In this document: positions 63,426 to 64,000 of the stretch, one piece after another
How positions within the stretch are numbered: position 1 is the first letter of the stretch
Layout of the letters: each line of letters begins with the position of its first letter
Origin: a virus
Lineage: Duplodnaviria > Caudoviricetes
Direction: 5' to 3' (one strand)
IMG/VR virus record: IMGVR_UViG_3300017912_004409
Location: 10,719-74,718 of that record
DNA length: 64,000 nucleotides
Made by a program: the position numbers and the translations under genes
The notes under the pieces: generated by a model
What the model was told of the DNA's origin: nothing
What the model saw: only the letters and a program-made list of their open reading frames with translations
Databases searched by the model: none

Positions 63426-63998
63426 TTACCTCAAGGCTGCGGCGTAAGGATTGCTAGTTGCCATGGATGACAGGATTTGTGCAGAAGCAGCCATGCCTTG
63501 TCTAGCCAGAGCACCTTGGTTTTGAAGCAAGGTTAAACCAGCATCAATACCATATTGCTGATTCATCAACTGAGCAGTTCTATTTCGGTCTAAATCTTTA
63601 CTTCTTTCTATTAATGGACTGATTTGATAATTAAACTGCATAGTTGATTGATTTGTCGCTCGAAGAAGCTCTTTCTGTAATTCTAAATCTAACTTCTTCA
63701 TTCTTTCAGTTTCTCGCAGCTGCTGCTGAAACTGTTGTTCTCTTCGTTTGTCTTGTCTAGCAGCTTCATTAAAAGAATACGTTCCAAGGCCAAAAGGAAG
63801 CTGAACTTGCTTAGCTACTTGTGTTTTAGGAGTATTAGGAGGTCCACCTGCAACGCCTTGAGCTATATTTGAAGCAGCTGTACCACCCAAACCGGTGCCT
63901 AGCATACTACCACCCACTGTAAGTGCAACTTTTGCCCACGGTGGGATAGGTAGGCCCTGAACAGCACGTTGAGTTAAAAACTGACCGCTTAAGCCACC
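63426..63998 (-). CDS. putative internal virion protein, 5'-partial
   Basis: The frame of track ORF 63426..63917 stays open to the window end; Gly-rich segment then Gln-rich coiled coil. Confidence 0.6.
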   Translation of the reverse strand, partial: GGLSGQFLTQRAVQGLPIPPWAKVALTVGGSMLGTGLGGTAASNIAQGVAGGPPNTPKTQVAKQVQLPFGLGTYSFNEAARQDKRREQQFQQQLRETERMKKLDLELQKELLRATNQSTMQFNYQISPLIERSKDLDRNRTAQLMNQQYGIDAGLTLLQNQGALARQGMAASAQILSSMATSNPYAAALR

Positions 63999-64000
63999 TA

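Noticed and set aside
1-64000. Reverse transcriptase/DGR, introns or inteins, phage RNA polymerase, psbA/hli genes
   Set aside because: No YxDD, splice-junction, RNAP or photosystem motifs recognised; polymerase, primase and terminase ORFs are uninterrupted and of normal length

Overview
The window is a 64-kb stretch of an AT-rich (roughly one-third GC by eye) dsDNA tailed phage genome. The host is very probably a cyanobacterium, given NblA-like, DUF4278-like and Dps genes and many cyanophage-type small ORFs. From memory it resembles S-EIV1-like picocyanobacterial phages, but I could not verify that. The left part (about 1-25.8 kb, mostly + strand) is an early/replication arm: T7-like family A DNA polymerase, tandem-OB SSB, Gp157-like protein, PD-(D/E)XK exonuclease, Prim-Pol/SF3 primase-helicase, GP88, Dps, glycosyl/methyltransferases and three tRNAs (CAT, Leu-TAA, Arg-TCT). 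The right part (mostly - strand) carries lysis and virion genes: two-domain endolysin, glycosyltransferases, a 1910-aa repeat tail fibre with an S74 chaperone, a 1751-aa acidic protein, GH104 lysozyme, major capsid protein, scaffold, portal, terminase and putative internal proteins. Main observations: (1) a four-copy H-type pseudoknot element with covariation in both stems, 21-26 nt upstream of early start codons, plus a second two-copy 28-nt hairpin element; (2) a 593-nt portal/scaffold dual-coding overlap that coincides with a jump to about 63% GC; (3) two divergent NblA-like genes and a DUF4278-like gene with an NtcA-type box; (4) a tRNA-Leu(UAA) lacking the long variable arm; (5) catalytically eroded integrase-like and Dam-like genes. 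All family assignments come from motif recognition by eye; no database searches were run. No CRISPR array, reverse transcriptase, RNA polymerase or photosystem gene was seen.
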